Of a stretch of 64,000 nucleotides of DNA, positions 27,864 to 39,321 are shown in pieces (the stretch's first letter is position 1; each line of letters begins with the position of its first letter). Source of the stretch: Myxococcota bacterium (GTDB lineage Bacteria > Myxococcota_A > Bradymonadia > UBA7976 > UBA1532). Both the position numbers and the translations under genes were made by a program. The notes beneath the pieces were generated by a model, which did no database searches, was not told the origin of the DNA, and saw only the letters and a list, made by a program, of their open reading frames with translations. The stretch lies in NCBI GenBank assembly GCA_036337435.1, contig JAYZEG010000062.1:96001-160000 (forward strand). Reading direction: 5' to 3'.

Positions 27864-30124
27864 TGGCGGAGTTAACACCCGAACTGCAAATCGCGATCCG
27901 AACGGCACTGGACGAAGCTCAGCACAGACATCATGAATTTGCTGGCACGGAACACCTATTGTTGGCGCTCCTGTGCGACACTGTATCCGCGCGAGCAGTT
28001 CGCCGTTGCGGTGGCAGTGTTGATTGGCTCAAAAATGAGCTGGAGCAGTTCCTTGCTGAGAGCATACCAAGACTGCCTGCTCACATGGATGTTGAGGCTG
28101 CTGCCTCCGTTGGATTCCATGCCGCCATACAGCGGGCGGTCATTAACGCACAAACCTCTGAGAGAGAGCTCGTCGCAGGCCCTCATGTGCTGATCGCCAT
28201 GTACGCTTTAGAAGATTGTCATGCCGTCTATCTGCTCAAATCCCAAGGTATCACGCGCATCGCACTCATGGAGTATGTCTCCCACGGAGGCGGTGATGGC
28301 GATTACGAATCTCAAGATTCGTCTGTCGGTGGGGGTATGTTCGCTGTCGACGGTGAAGAAAATTCCGATACCTTGGAGCCTGAACAGGCTCTTGAGAAAT
28401 TTACGGTTAATTTGAATGAAGAAGCATCGGAGGGTCGAATCGATCCGATGATTGGTCGTGGTGACGAGTTAGAACGCTGTGTCCATGTCCTCAGTCGAAG
28501 ACGTAAAAATAACCCGATTTTTGTCGGTGAGGCTGGTGTTGGTAAGACGGCAATTGTTGAAGGACTCGCTCGTTCGATTGAAAACGGGTCGGTACCCGAC
28601 GCGCTCCAGGGAGCGACGGTCTATTCACTCGACGTCGGTGCTCTCATTGCGGGCACCCGGTATCGAGGTGACTTCGAAAATCGAATGAAAGCGGTCGTGA
28701 AGCAGCTGGAATCGATGCCCGATGCTGTTTTATTTGTCGATGAAATCCACACGCTGATTGGGGCGGGTGCCGCGAGTGGTGGTGCCATGGATGCATCGAG
28801 TATTCTAAAGCCCCTCCTGGCGCGTGGTAAAATCCGATGTGTGGGTGCCACCACTTGGCGCGAATATCGAAATATTTTCGAACGCGACCAAGCGCTGGCG
28901 CGCCGCTTTCAAAAAATCGAAGTAGGCGAACCGTCCATCGAAGAAACCGAAGCCATTCTCAAGGGATTAAAACCCGAATATGAAGCGTATCACGGTGTGA
29001 AATTCGATGATGAGGCCCTGAAAGAAGCAGCGGTGCTTGCCGGCCGCTACCTAAACGATCGCTTTCTTCCCGATAAAGCCATCGATATCATCGATGAAGC
29101 GGCAGCCTCGGTGAAGTTGGCGACTCGTAAGGCCGTGACTGTTGAAGACATCGAAAATACCATTGCGCGAATGGCAAGCATTCCTGCGAAATCGGTCGCA
29201 GGCGATGATCGGCAGCGTTTGGCCGAACTCGAGAGTGCCCTTGCCGGGTCAATCTATGGTCAAGACGAGGCGGTTAAACAACTGGCCTCGGCGGTCAAAA
29301 TGGGTCGGTCAGGCCTCGCGCATCCTGACAAACCCATCGGATCTTTTCTGTTCACCGGTCCCACAGGCGTCGGTAAAACCGAGGTCTGTCGGCAGTTGGC
29401 CCGAATACTGAATCTCGAACTGATTCGGTTTGATATGAGTGAATATATGGAGCGACATACGGTCAGCCGCTTAATCGGTGCACCGCCGGGTTACGTCGGC
29501 TACGACCAAGGTGGTTTACTCACTGACGCTGTGGCGAAGACACCCCACGCGGTGCTCTTGCTCGATGAGATTGAAAAGGCCCACCCAGACGTCTTCAACC
29601 TACTTCTGCAGGTTATGGATCACGGGTCTTTGACCGATAACAATGGGAAGAAAACCGATTTTCGGAACGTCATTGTAATCATGACCAGTAACATCGGTGC
29701 GCGCGACCTTCAGCGTAATCGGCCCGGGTTCTCCGCCGACCTGGATGAGCTCAAAGGTGATGATGATCCGGCGTACAAACGGCTATTCAGCCCCGAGTTT
29801 CGAAATCGTCTCGATGCGCGCATTCGATTCGAGCCCTTGAAACCCGATGTCATGCGTTTGATCGCCCGAAAATTCATCGATGAATTGGCTGAACAATTGG
29901 CGGATCGAAACGTGACACTCACCTGCAGTGAGGCGGCTATCGACCGCCTCATGGAGCTCGGTTTCGATGCCCAGAATGGGGCGCGTCCCATGACACGGGC
30001 CATCCGAGACCATATTCGGCAACCCCTTGCCGACGAACTTCTCTTTGGTCAGCTCGCTGATGGCGGTAACCTTGCCATCGATGTCAGAGACGGGGATTTT
30101 GTCTTCGAGTTTCCGGATAAATAA
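27863..30124 (+). CDS. clpA: ATP-dependent Clp protease ATP-binding subunit
   Basis: [51 protein letters not shown]. No ClpB middle domain; directly follows clpS. Confidence 0.96.
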   Translation: MAELTPELQIAIRTALDEAQHRHHEFAGTEHLLLALLCDTVSARAVRRCGGSVDWLKNELEQFLAESIPRLPAHMDVEAAASVGFHAAIQRAVINAQTSERELVAGPHVLIAMYALEDCHAVYLLKSQGITRIALMEYVSHGGGDGDYESQDSSVGGGMFAVDGEENSDTLEPEQALEKFTVNLNEEASEGRIDPMIGRGDELERCVHVLSRRRKNNPIFVGEAGVGKTAIVEGLARSIENGSVPDALQGATVYSLDVGALIAGTRYRGDFENRMKAVVKQLESMPDAVLFVDEIHTLIGAGAASGGAMDASSILKPLLARGKIRCVGATTWREYRNIFERDQALARRFQKIEVGEPSIEETEAILKGLKPEYEAYHGVKFDDEALKEAAVLAGRYLNDRFLPDKAIDIIDEAAASVKLATRKAVTVEDIENTIARMASIPAKSVAGDDRQRLAELESALAGSIYGQDEAVKQLASAVKMGRSGLAHPDKPIGSFLFTGPTGVGKTEVCRQLARILNLELIRFDMSEYMERHTVSRLIGAPPGYVGYDQGGLLTDAVAKTPHAVLLLDEIEKAHPDVFNLLLQVMDHGSLTDNNGKKTDFRNVIVIMTSNIGARDLQRNRPGFSADLDELKGDDDPAYKRLFSPEFRNRLDARIRFEPLKPDVMRLIARKFIDELAEQLADRNVTLTCSEAAIDRLMELGFDAQNGARPMTRAIRDHIRQPLADELLFGQLADGGNLAIDVRDGDFVFEFPDK

Positions 30125-30155
30125 AGGCCAATTTGAGTGGGCCACCGGCACACGT

Positions 30156-30893
30156 TTACGTGGTCTGCGATTCTTGGGTCAATTGGAGAAAGACCTCCTC
30201 CAAGCGTTGGCCCTGTGTTCCTGTTCGTTGCCGCAGCTCATCCGTCGTGCCGCTGGCGACTAATTGGCCATGGTTGATCACGGCGACTCGGTCGCAGACT
30301 TCGTCAGCCACGTCAAGCGTATGGGTGCTCAGCAGTACAGTCATACCATTTTCATGGGCCTGATTTTGTAATACGTCCTTCAACAGCCTCGCCCCCTTCG
30401 GGTCGAGGCCGACCATGGGTTCGTCGACCACCATAAGGCGAGGTTCATGAAGAAGGACGGATGCCATGACAAGGCGTTGTTTCATCCCGTGGCTAAAACT
30501 CTCAACCAGTTTATGGCGGACATGTCCCAATCCAAAGAGCTCGATGAGTTCCTTTGCTTTTTTTCGTCCATGAATTGCCTCGATTCCGTAAAGCCCAGCT
30601 ATAAAATACATGTACTCTTCGGCTGTGAGTTTTTCATACAGGTGAGGTCTATCCGGCACATAACCGATTCGTTTCTTTACTTCGATCGGTGATTTGACGA
30701 CGTCGAAACCGTCAACTGTAATCGTGCCTTCAGTGGGTCGAATTAAACCACAGATCATTTTCATAGTTGTTGTTTTACCGGCTCCATTGGGACCGAGAAA
30801 ACCAAAAATAGTGCCCCCATCCACGTCTAGATCGAGTTCTCGAACAGCGATGAAATCTCCGTATCGCCGAGTGACATTCCGTATGTTTAGCAT
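30156..30893 (-). CDS. ABC exporter ATP-binding protein
   Basis: GPNGAGKTT, FSHGMKQR, VDEPMVGLDP, STH. Confidence 0.93.
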   Translation of the reverse strand: MLNIRNVTRRYGDFIAVRELDLDVDGGTIFGFLGPNGAGKTTTMKMICGLIRPTEGTITVDGFDVVKSPIEVKKRIGYVPDRPHLYEKLTAEEYMYFIAGLYGIEAIHGRKKAKELIELFGLGHVRHKLVESFSHGMKQRLVMASVLLHEPRLMVVDEPMVGLDPKGARLLKDVLQNQAHENGMTVLLSTHTLDVADEVCDRVAVINHGQLVASGTTDELRQRTGTQGQRLEEVFLQLTQESQTT

Positions 30894-32074
30894 GGCAAAG
30901 CCTTCTTGATGGCATCTGCTAGCACTATGTAATCATCTGAATCATTGTGTAAAGCCGCAGAGATTCTAAGTAGGCGATCCGATGAATTAGGCCAAGGGAT
31001 GACTGGCACCTCAATGCCAAATTGCTCGAGTAGTGTCCGTTGGTACTCGGTCCCGAATAGGGGAGATATAGGTCGCGTTGAACTGGGTAGTCGAACTGCA
31101 GCCAAATGCCCGATCATGGAGTCAGGGACTGGTTTTTCTAGACCAAGCGTAGTCGACAAAAGTTCCTGAGCTTCCAAGGCGAGCATCCGGTTCCTACACC
31201 TGATGACGTCCCAGCCGCCGTCGACCATGTCGTCCAAAACGTCGATTGCTTTGGGCACCGATAACCAAGCCGTCGGATCATGTGTACCGATCCAGTCGAA
31301 CTCAAGGTGATGCCATGGGCGGCCCAAGTCGTCGGCGTTGAGTCCGAAACCGTGGCTGATGACGGCTGGTCGTGTCGTCGATTGAACGTCCTCGCGTATC
31401 CACATGAATGCAGCCCCTTTCGGTGCGCAGACCCACTTGTGCAAATTGCCAACGTACCAAGAGGCAGCGAGGTCGCCTATTGATAGGTCAAGCATGCCTG
31501 GTCCATGAGCACCATCGACCAAGACTCGAACGCCGGATGCCTCGAGCATCTCCGAGAGCTGCTCGACGGGCAAAACAAGGCCTGTTGGGCTGGTGACATG
31601 GTCGAGAATGGCCAGACGCGTTTTTGAACTGATGGAGTCTAGGATGGTCTCAATGACAGTCGTTGGGTTGATTCCTTCGAAGCCAAATTCAGCGGTCACG
31701 ACCTGGGCGCCTGTTTTTTGCGCCACGAAGTCGACGATATTTTTGCAAGCATTATACCCGTGATTGGTCACCAGAATTTCATCACCTGGTTTTAATCCAA
31801 AACTTCTGATGATGGCATTGACCCCTTCTGTCGTGTTTCGGATGAAAACCAGATCCCGAGGACGGGCCTGGATGAAGGCTGCAAGTCTGGCTCTGGCTTC
31901 ATCTATACGGTCGTAGATGTCGCGCATGAAGAATTGAACGGGTTGCTCTTCAATGGTTTGTCTGAGCGTCTGTTGATAGTCCAAGACATCCTTGGGACAT
32001 GCACCGTACGAACCATGATTTAAAAATGTGATGTTTGGGCTCAGAGTCCAGTGGCGCGCGTAGCGAGATGGCAT
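30887..32074 (-). CDS. Class V PLP-dependent enzyme (isopenicillin N epimerase / L-cysteine desulfhydrase-like)
   Basis: FLNHGSYGA, DHVTSPTG, VDGAH, GNLHKW (PLP lysine), PKG. Confidence 0.9.
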   Translation of the reverse strand: MPSRYARHWTLSPNITFLNHGSYGACPKDVLDYQQTLRQTIEEQPVQFFMRDIYDRIDEARARLAAFIQARPRDLVFIRNTTEGVNAIIRSFGLKPGDEILVTNHGYNACKNIVDFVAQKTGAQVVTAEFGFEGINPTTVIETILDSISSKTRLAILDHVTSPTGLVLPVEQLSEMLEASGVRVLVDGAHGPGMLDLSIGDLAASWYVGNLHKWVCAPKGAAFMWIREDVQSTTRPAVISHGFGLNADDLGRPWHHLEFDWIGTHDPTAWLSVPKAIDVLDDMVDGGWDVIRCRNRMLALEAQELLSTTLGLEKPVPDSMIGHLAAVRLPSSTRPISPLFGTEYQRTLLEQFGIEVPVIPWPNSSDRLLRISAALHNDSDDYIVLADAIKKALPC

Positions 32075-32331
32075 ATGGTCCTGCTTTCAACGGTCGTAAA
32101 CATTTAAGCACTCAGCAGTCGACGTTTGACCCTCAACAGGGCATCGCGCGGGAGCATGGCTCGTTTCAATTGGCTTATGACGTCAGCGCGCTCCGATAAA
32201 CGGGCTCTAGGAGACAACGAGACCAAGCCGAGAGAACTATACCCCGGCGATATGATAACTCAATCGACCTTTTTCAAGTGCCACTCAGTCTCCGTCGAGT
32301 TGAATTGGCTAGAGTGGGCTGTTGAATGGCT

Positions 32332-32964
32332 TCACATCAGTCGAAAAAGACCGGCACCCATGCCGACAAGTGCAATCATTAATGTACTATTACTCACCAA
32401 ATCTCGCTTATACACATCAAATCTCCCGAGGACGGCACCGCTGCTCAACCCGGCAATGTGTGCAATTGGATCGCCTTTGCTCAGCACAGACAACAGAACG
32501 GAAACCGCGCTAACGAATAGAAGTCGTTGACCCGCTAGAGTGTGTCGATTGGCCGAGATGGTCGCCCCTAAAAGACCGAACATGGCTCCAGACGCTCCGA
32601 GAAACCACCCTGGTTGCATCAGTACCCCCGCTACTGTTGCAAACCACCCAGACATGAAAAATATGCTGAGCGTCGAGCGTGCCGAGCGGTTTACGCTACA
32701 TACGATGCCAAGCAGTCCACAAAAAAGTAGATTGGTGGTTAAATGAACAGCGTGAAGGTGGAGGAGGGGGGCGCAGACAACCCTCCAGGGCTCCCGAAAT
32801 AGATGATCCCGACTCAAAGCCCCGCCGGCAATGGCTTGATGCAAAACATCCTCCTCGTTGCTCATTCCAAAGAGAAGCCACCAACTGAGCAACAACACGG
32901 CAATTGCTAAGCTGGCACCTGAAAGCCGAACAATGTCTATTGATTTGAAATCTACCACCAGCAC
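32332..32964 (-). CDS. Rhomboid family intramembrane serine protease
   Basis: EPWR..PLLH, HLTTN, GASGAMFG (catalytic Ser), AHIAG (catalytic His). Start uncertain; track start 33090 overlaps the next gene. Confidence 0.85.
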   Translation of the reverse strand: MLVVDFKSIDIVRLSGASLAIAVLLLSWWLLFGMSNEEDVLHQAIAGGALSRDHLFREPWRVVCAPLLHLHAVHLTTNLLFCGLLGIVCSVNRSARSTLSIFFMSGWFATVAGVLMQPGWFLGASGAMFGLLGATISANRHTLAGQRLLFVSAVSVLLSVLSKGDPIAHIAGLSSGAVLGRFDVYKRDLVSNSTLMIALVGMGAGLFRLM

Positions 32965-33059
32965 TCTAGGAAGACTTTGGACGTACAGGATAAAACTATC
33001 GCCCTTCGGTTGGGAATGGAATACTCGACGTGTAAACAGCGAAAAGGCATGCTCAGGGC

Positions 33060-33683
33060 ATGGGTAACAGCAGCGATAAATCAGATTCAAAGATAACGGA
33101 ACTCACCCAAAGGGGATTTAAATCCATTTTGATGGTGGGCCCTCGTGGTATCCGAGGCCTCTTTGGTTGGACATTTTTTGATCCGGCCAATTTGGTCACG
33201 ATTGTGTTCATGGGCACCGCTGCCCTGCTCGCGATTCTATCCATGCGCGAACGCGGCGCGGCCGATTGGTACATGCCCATCGGTCTCTATGTTGCTCTCG
33301 CTGCGTTTTTGAGGGGCTACTTCTTTAGCTATTATCACGGATCATCCATATCACGTGTCACCACCCTTTTGATTTTCGTGTTAGGTACTCTAGCGACAGC
33401 AGCGCTTTGGGAAGAACGCGTGAGTGCTCGAGAGGTCTTACGAGCGGGCGGTGTGTTTACGGTATCCGAAGCACCAGGATTTCATTTTGCTGCGCTTCTA
33501 CACGTCGCTGCATCCAGTGCGGTCTTCATTCACTTTTTGTTGCCGCGTCACTGGTTGATCAGAATGACCGACCAAGTCGTCGAGACCACAGGGCTTGATC
33601 GATCTCTTGAGAGAGAATCGGCAAAAATTCTGGAGACTAGGGCACCAAAACCCGTTCCACCTGATGAGAGTGACGACGCTTGA
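33060..33683 (+). CDS. Hypothetical membrane protein (about 4 TM)
   Basis: Four hydrophobic segments; AAGG upstream; fills the gap between oppositely oriented genes. Confidence 0.65.
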   Translation: MGNSSDKSDSKITELTQRGFKSILMVGPRGIRGLFGWTFFDPANLVTIVFMGTAALLAILSMRERGAADWYMPIGLYVALAAFLRGYFFSYYHGSSISRVTTLLIFVLGTLATAALWEERVSAREVLRAGGVFTVSEAPGFHFAALLHVAASSAVFIHFLLPRHWLIRMTDQVVETTGLDRSLERESAKILETRAPKPVPPDESDDA

Positions 33684-33690
33684 TCGTCTA

Positions 33691-36399
33691 TCAAAATCCC
33701 CTGCATTGCAGTTCCAGGGCACCCACCTCGAATTCAGTACCAGCGTCGTTGGTCTGGACAATTTGAACCATGGGTCGCATATAATCGCTTGGCATCGATT
33801 TCCAGGCCACGACGTGACCTGCCTCGACATGGATTGGTTGCGTCGCCCACAAATTAAACGCACCCCCGTCTCCCGCTGTATCGATGGCCCAAAACCCGCG
33901 AGCCGCTTGGCCAGATTCAGGGTTGGGGATGGGCGCGCTTGTAAATAGTTGGTGAGACAAACCGGACAACGATGAGCCGTCTACTCGGTCTGATGTCAAC
34001 ACGTCGCGCCAAGCCAGTACGCGCTCTCCCTCATCATCACGTTCGCTAAACAATGCTTGAATTCTGCCATTGTCTTTGCGGACCGATGGACCTCCCAATT
34101 GAGCACTGAGATAGATTGGATCCGTAAGATCATCATCGTCTGCAAAGTTTAAGATGTCTGGATATTCGACGCTGAGCGGTGCCGCCAGAGAGCCAGCCAC
34201 AAAATCATATAATTTGAGTCTCATATTGCCAAGGCTTGACCGAAAGCCGACGAGGACATCAAACGCCGTATCGTGTCGGTCGGCGACGAGTCTGCGTCGG
34301 ATGGTCGCCCATTCAATCGGTTGAATCCGCCCAAGCTCAGCACTGCTGAAAAGCCATTGGAAATTTGTTTGCTGGTTGGGTCCAAACAGCCTCAAAATCC
34401 GATCTCGGCACACGACGACAACCGACTCACCATCTTGCAAGCGGAGTGCATCAACAGCGAAGATTTCATCGCATTCTTCAGGCAAAAGCACAGGCTCTGC
34501 GTCTGTTCCCTGTAAATCCCTCTGTCGATGTATCCAGTGTACACCCCAACGCCCGGGCTGGCCCTCAGCATTGAGATGTCTCGCGATAAAAACCCGAGCA
34601 CCTCCCACACCATTGAAGTAGCGACCTTCACCAGCACGCCGATTGAAAGGGCTGGACCCGTCATTGGGGAATGTCAGACATTGCGAATCGATTTGATTGC
34701 AGTCACCGACGGCTTCAACATCTAAATCGATGGCTGTGCGTGTCGGTGAGAGGGCGTTGTCGTATTCGTAGCGAGCCCGAATGGCGGCCCATCGAGACCG
34801 ATCATCGGCATCACGATATCGGTAGGCGATCAAATAGGCATCACGCCATTCATTATCACCGATCAAAAATTGTTCGACTGGCCCCAATGTTTGGAACCGG
34901 CTTCTCAATATTTTGGTTTCATCAGCTGTGCTGCAGCAGAGTCCATCGTCAATTAAGCCATCACAGTCTTGGTCCTGGCGATCGCATGATTCTGGTTTTG
35001 GTGAACATGCAATATCTACATCGAAAATGGTTGCCGTCGAGCGAAGCCTTCGCTCGATGAGCGGAACATATTCAATGACAGGCGTGGGCTCTTGTGTAAA
35101 CCGAACGACAAGTGCATGCCGCGTTTGCGCGGCATCATTACAAACCGCATTTTCACCGCAATCACTGTCGCTCGAACAGGCTGTTTGGCCGTCCTCGCAT
35201 AGCCCATCAACGCGTCTGTCTGGTAAATCCGCGAATCCGATTGAACGGGTATCGGCCCAGGGCCAGCCTCCATCCCATGTGACCATGGATTCCCAGAGGC
35301 TCTGTGTTCCAACGAAATAGAGTTGCATATCACCTTGGCGCGGTTGGGGTGTCGTCATTGTTCGACGTCCAATGAGTGGCTTTTGGCCCCGGTAGACTTG
35401 AGATGAGATCAGCTCTGTGATGTCAAACTTGCCGACTCTGAGTACCCCGTCGCGATCGTAGAGGGATCTAAGGCTCATAAATTGTTCTGCTCCGAGCTGC
35501 TCTAGATGCCACAGGAGTGTTTGACCGCCATCCGATATGAGCTCTCCCCGTTCGGTTCGACAGGGTAAATTCCCCTGCGCAAGCCAAGTACTTGAATTGA
35601 TGAACACGCATTGACCCGACTCTCCGAACCGAAGCAACACACCGCCCGTCGTCGTGGCAACGCTGTCTGGCTTTGGCAGTCCGGAACTGTCAACAGTTGT
35701 TGGACCCAGGACACTCAGATCTGACTGAAATACGTGCCAGGAGACAGCGCCGTCCACTGTTTCGCCAACAACGACCAGCTGACCGTCTGCCTCAGCAAGC
35801 ATGGGTTGGCCCACTAAGGTTGCATCGGGATTACTCAGACTCATCAGACTCTCCGATGGTCTGTGTGCCTGGTAAATTCGGATCGGCACCTCGGGTCCAC
35901 CATAGGCAACCCATGTTGTTCCGCCTGCCCTGAGCGTCGTGACCCATTGGATTCCGGTCAGTGACTCTACGAGAAGACGGGGGGAATCGAAGGCGGCATC
36001 GCGACCCATTCGGCATTGGTTTAGGCCTGATTCGTCTGCCCAGACCAGGTACGATGCTTGGCCACCGTAGGCCATGGCAACTTGTTGATAGGACGGGACG
36101 CTAAAGGCACCCGATTGCGTCTCAGTTCTCAAGCAATTGGTGGTTGCCAAACCCATGTCTGAATTCATATCGATCGCGGACCCGTCGGCCGAGTTCATGT
36201 CAAGCAGTTGTGATGCGTCAGCCGCGTCGACCGGCTGAGTCATATCTCGGCCCACATCGGGGAGCGCATCATTGACTCGAACATCCATCGTGCCTGAATC
36301 CGTGATGGGCAGTTGCGAGTCCTCGGCGGCGAGGGGAAGAGTTTCGGGGGTAGTACACCCTCCAATAGAAAAAATGAGTACCGTTAGCAGACCGCGCAT
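33691..36399 (-). CDS. Large myxobacterial-type lipoprotein with Cys-rich putative metal-binding motif
   Basis: Lipobox-like IGGC; Asp/Met-rich linker; CSSDSDCGENAVC; PESCDRQDQDCDGLIDDG (MopE-like repeat). Confidence 0.7.
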   Translation of the reverse strand: MRGLLTVLIFSIGGCTTPETLPLAAEDSQLPITDSGTMDVRVNDALPDVGRDMTQPVDAADASQLLDMNSADGSAIDMNSDMGLATTNCLRTETQSGAFSVPSYQQVAMAYGGQASYLVWADESGLNQCRMGRDAAFDSPRLLVESLTGIQWVTTLRAGGTTWVAYGGPEVPIRIYQAHRPSESLMSLSNPDATLVGQPMLAEADGQLVVVGETVDGAVSWHVFQSDLSVLGPTTVDSSGLPKPDSVATTTGGVLLRFGESGQCVFINSSTWLAQGNLPCRTERGELISDGGQTLLWHLEQLGAEQFMSLRSLYDRDGVLRVGKFDITELISSQVYRGQKPLIGRRTMTTPQPRQGDMQLYFVGTQSLWESMVTWDGGWPWADTRSIGFADLPDRRVDGLCEDGQTACSSDSDCGENAVCNDAAQTRHALVVRFTQEPTPVIEYVPLIERRLRSTATIFDVDIACSPKPESCDRQDQDCDGLIDDGLCCSTADETKILRSRFQTLGPVEQFLIGDNEWRDAYLIAYRYRDADDRSRWAAIRARYEYDNALSPTRTAIDLDVEAVGDCNQIDSQCLTFPNDGSSPFNRRAGEGRYFNGVGGARVFIARHLNAEGQPGRWGVHWIHRQRDLQGTDAEPVLLPEECDEIFAVDALRLQDGESVVVVCRDRILRLFGPNQQTNFQWLFSSAELGRIQPIEWATIRRRLVADRHDTAFDVLVGFRSSLGNMRLKLYDFVAGSLAAPLSVEYPDILNFADDDDLTDPIYLSAQLGGPSVRKDNGRIQALFSERDDEGERVLAWRDVLTSDRVDGSSLSGLSHQLFTSAPIPNPESGQAARGFWAIDTAGDGGAFNLWATQPIHVEAGHVVAWKSMPSDYMRPMVQIVQTNDAGTEFEVGALELQCRGF

Positions 36400-36535
36400 A
36401 AGTCAGAAAAGCTCTGTAGCCAAGTTAATCACGTCCACAGAGTATTACAGACAACGCCATCATTGCATCTTCGTTTTGTCTCTTTGAACGATTATCTTTC
36501 CATCGGTTTGCTCAGAACACTTACTTGACAGGCGG

Positions 36536-38131
36536 ATGGGCAGGTCGTACCTGACCACTATGATTTTTAGGAATCGATACCAAACCCAAACATCTGTCGT
36601 CTTGTTAGGACTCGTCTCATTCGCGGTATGGTTGCGCTGGCCGGCATTGGGGACAGCCGGATTTCATAATGAAGATGTTGCCGGTATCACATTAAATGCA
36701 GATCTCATCTTGCGCGGCGAGCTGCCTTTGATCGACAACCTAGAGTACAAAGCACCGGGTACTTTCTATTTGACGGCGATGCTTTGGACACTCCTCGATC
36801 GTTCGATGTTTACGTTGCAATGTTTCGGCATTGGTATGGCCTGTTTTGCATTGCTCGGCGTCTTCTGCCTTGGTCGAATTCTTTATGGGCGAGACTGCGG
36901 ACTGGTCGCAGCCACACTCTACGCAGCGCTATCGCCAATTACCGACAGCATCGACGTCAACTACGGGTCGTGGATGATCGGCCCCTACATCTGGGCAACG
37001 GTCTGTTGTCTGTTAGCGGTGAAAAGTGGTCGGCTTCGATGGTTTTTTTGGACCGGGGTGATTCTTGCCATCGCGGGTGTCTTAAAGCGTCAGGCAGCGG
37101 TTTTATTTCCGCTGTTTGCGTTGATGCCCTTGATCGGTCAGCGATTGAGTTGGCCCGATGACTGGGTGGGCATTCTCGAGCCCAAGAAGGCTTTGGGCCT
37201 ATTCTTTGTTGGCCTCGGAGCCGGCTTTGCGCCGATTCTTTTTTGGTATGCACTAAACGGGGAACTGTTTAGTTTCATGGGCAGCTATTTTTTCTCGGAA
37301 AGTGGTTGGAAATACGTCCGAGGTCAGACGTCGTGGACTGATCGAGGCTTGCGTCTTGGCGATGGCTTTCTTGGTTTCGCGATGTATGCAGCGACCCCCA
37401 GTTTACTTGCAATATTGGCCATATTCCGAAATGTCACACCGGGAACTCCGTGGACCGGACGCGGGCTTTTTATTTCGCTGCACCTCATTCTCAGTTTTTT
37501 GGGTGCCGCCCTCGGTCTTCGTTTTTTCAAAGGCTATTACCTCCAGCTGCTGCCCATATTGGTGATTATTGCAGCTCACCCCAACGGGGTTCTCATGCCT
37601 TGGATTCGTCGTTCAAGTTGGACTCGATTGGGGTCTCGTGTGCGCCCGTTAATCGTTCTGCTTTGCTCGACTCTTCTCATCTCTCCGGCGTTGATTCATG
37701 ATGCCGATCAAGTCGCTAAGATTCGAAAACGGCGGCAGCATGCACGTGATCCAGTGGCTCAAAAAATTGGACGATACATCCGAGATAACAGTCGAGCAGA
37801 CGAGCCAATTTGGGTATGGGGTCGATGGGCTTGGCCAGTCTACTTCCACGCCAATCGCCCAATCGCGACGCACTTCCCGAAATCTCTGGGTGTTTTTACA
37901 TCTACCTTAACCAATACTTGGCGTCGCCCAACGAAGAATACGGCTTTCGATCCGAAAAGCCCTTGGCCAACCCTGATTAAGCAGCTCAAGGCTGAAAAAC
38001 CGAAGTTTTTGGTCTTATCTCACAATGAAAGTTATCGAAAATTTAGAGCTCTCAATGCCTTATTGCGCTCTGACTATAAAGCCGTCAAGACCATCAAGAC
38101 GGCTGGATTTTCTTTCTATCAAAAGAAATAA
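36536..38131 (+). CDS. GT-C fold glycosyltransferase (family 39/ArnT-like)
   Basis: N-terminal loop HNED...YKAPG, about 10 TM helices, LKRQ, YYLQLLP, C-terminal periplasmic domain (IWVWG..YFHA). Alternative ATG at 36560. Confidence 0.8.
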   Translation: MGRSYLTTMIFRNRYQTQTSVVLLGLVSFAVWLRWPALGTAGFHNEDVAGITLNADLILRGELPLIDNLEYKAPGTFYLTAMLWTLLDRSMFTLQCFGIGMACFALLGVFCLGRILYGRDCGLVAATLYAALSPITDSIDVNYGSWMIGPYIWATVCCLLAVKSGRLRWFFWTGVILAIAGVLKRQAAVLFPLFALMPLIGQRLSWPDDWVGILEPKKALGLFFVGLGAGFAPILFWYALNGELFSFMGSYFFSESGWKYVRGQTSWTDRGLRLGDGFLGFAMYAATPSLLAILAIFRNVTPGTPWTGRGLFISLHLILSFLGAALGLRFFKGYYLQLLPILVIIAAHPNGVLMPWIRRSSWTRLGSRVRPLIVLLCSTLLISPALIHDADQVAKIRKRRQHARDPVAQKIGRYIRDNSRADEPIWVWGRWAWPVYFHANRPIATHFPKSLGVFTSTLTNTWRRPTKNTAFDPKSPWPTLIKQLKAEKPKFLVLSHNESYRKFRALNALLRSDYKAVKTIKTAGFSFYQKK

Positions 38132-38208
38132 ATGACCGAAAACAGGTCGACTTATACTTTTCCAAGTCCGTGTGTATTCAACCAAATTGACTGCTTTGTC
38201 GACATCAT

Positions 38209-39231
38209 TCAGGCAGACTGTTCCACGTCGCTGCCCATCTTTATAGCCTCGCTGTTTTCGTGTCCGGACGGTCCATTTGGTTTAGATCCAGGGCCGATCA
38301 CCGTCTGTCGAATTGTATAAGTCCGTTTTCCTTGTGACTCATGATAGGTGCGCGTCAAAAGGTCGGCCAATAATCCAAACGACAGAAGCTGCACGCCGAC
38401 GATGATCAAGAGGACGCCTAGGAGTAGGAGTGGTCGGCTGGCAAGGGGGGTTCCTAAAATCAGTTTCTCTGCCGCAAGCCACCCACAGATTCCAAATCCA
38501 CTGAGTCCGCTCACCAGACCAGCAAGGCCGAACACCTGCATCGGCTTCACTAAGAAACCTTGTATGAACAAGATGACCATCAGATCGAGGATGACTCGGA
38601 CGGTGCGGCTAATTCCATATTTTGAAATGCCGAATTGTCGAGCTCGATGGTTGACTTTCATTTCGTGAATTCGAGCACCAGACCAATTGGCGATAGCAGG
38701 AATGAACCGGTGCATTTCTCCATAGAGCCTGAGTGCCTTTGCGACATCCCGCGTCATCACTTTCAACGTGCATCCATAATCGTGTAGATGAACTTTTGTG
38801 GTCACGCTGATGAGCTTGTTGGCGATAATCGATGGCAGTCTGCGGTTGATAAATGTGTCTTTTCTGTCGGCCCGCCAGCCCGCCACCAGGTCATAACCCT
38901 CCTGCAGCTTACTCACCATGGCAGGAATATCGCTCGGGTCATTTTGCAAGTCCGCATCCATCAGGGCGATCATATCTCCACGAGCGTGGTCTAGGCCGGC
39001 CTGCATGGCAGCGGTCTGACCGAAATTTCTGCGAAAACTGACGATTACGAGCGATGGATCAGACTCGGCGAGCCCCGATAAGACTTGGAGGCTCGCATCG
39101 CTCGAGCCGTCGTCGACCAAAACAATCTCATAGGCCAGTTCGGCTGGTTTCATTGCCGAATGAATTTCCGAGATGAGAAGCGGGAGGCTCTCTTCCTCAT
39201 TAAAGACAGGTACTACGATTGACAAGTGCAC
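38209..39231 (-). CDS. GT2 polyprenol-phosphate glycosyltransferase (ArnC/DPM-synthase-like)
   Basis: SIVVPVFNEE, VDDGSSD, RNFGQTAA, MDADLQNDP, DYGCTLK, EMHRFIP; two C-terminal TM helices. Confidence 0.93.
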   Translation of the reverse strand: MHLSIVVPVFNEEESLPLLISEIHSAMKPAELAYEIVLVDDGSSDASLQVLSGLAESDPSLVIVSFRRNFGQTAAMQAGLDHARGDMIALMDADLQNDPSDIPAMVSKLQEGYDLVAGWRADRKDTFINRRLPSIIANKLISVTTKVHLHDYGCTLKVMTRDVAKALRLYGEMHRFIPAIANWSGARIHEMKVNHRARQFGISKYGISRTVRVILDLMVILFIQGFLVKPMQVFGLAGLVSGLSGFGICGWLAAEKLILGTPLASRPLLLLGVLLIIVGVQLLSFGLLADLLTRTYHESQGKRTYTIRQTVIGPGSKPNGPSGHENSEAIKMGSDVEQSA

Positions 39232-39321
39232 GTTTAAGATCCTCGCATGGGCGCCGCACCATATCCTTTTCGCGTAGAAAAAAACAAGAATGGTCAGACG
39301 ATCCGTACAGCACTTATTGAA

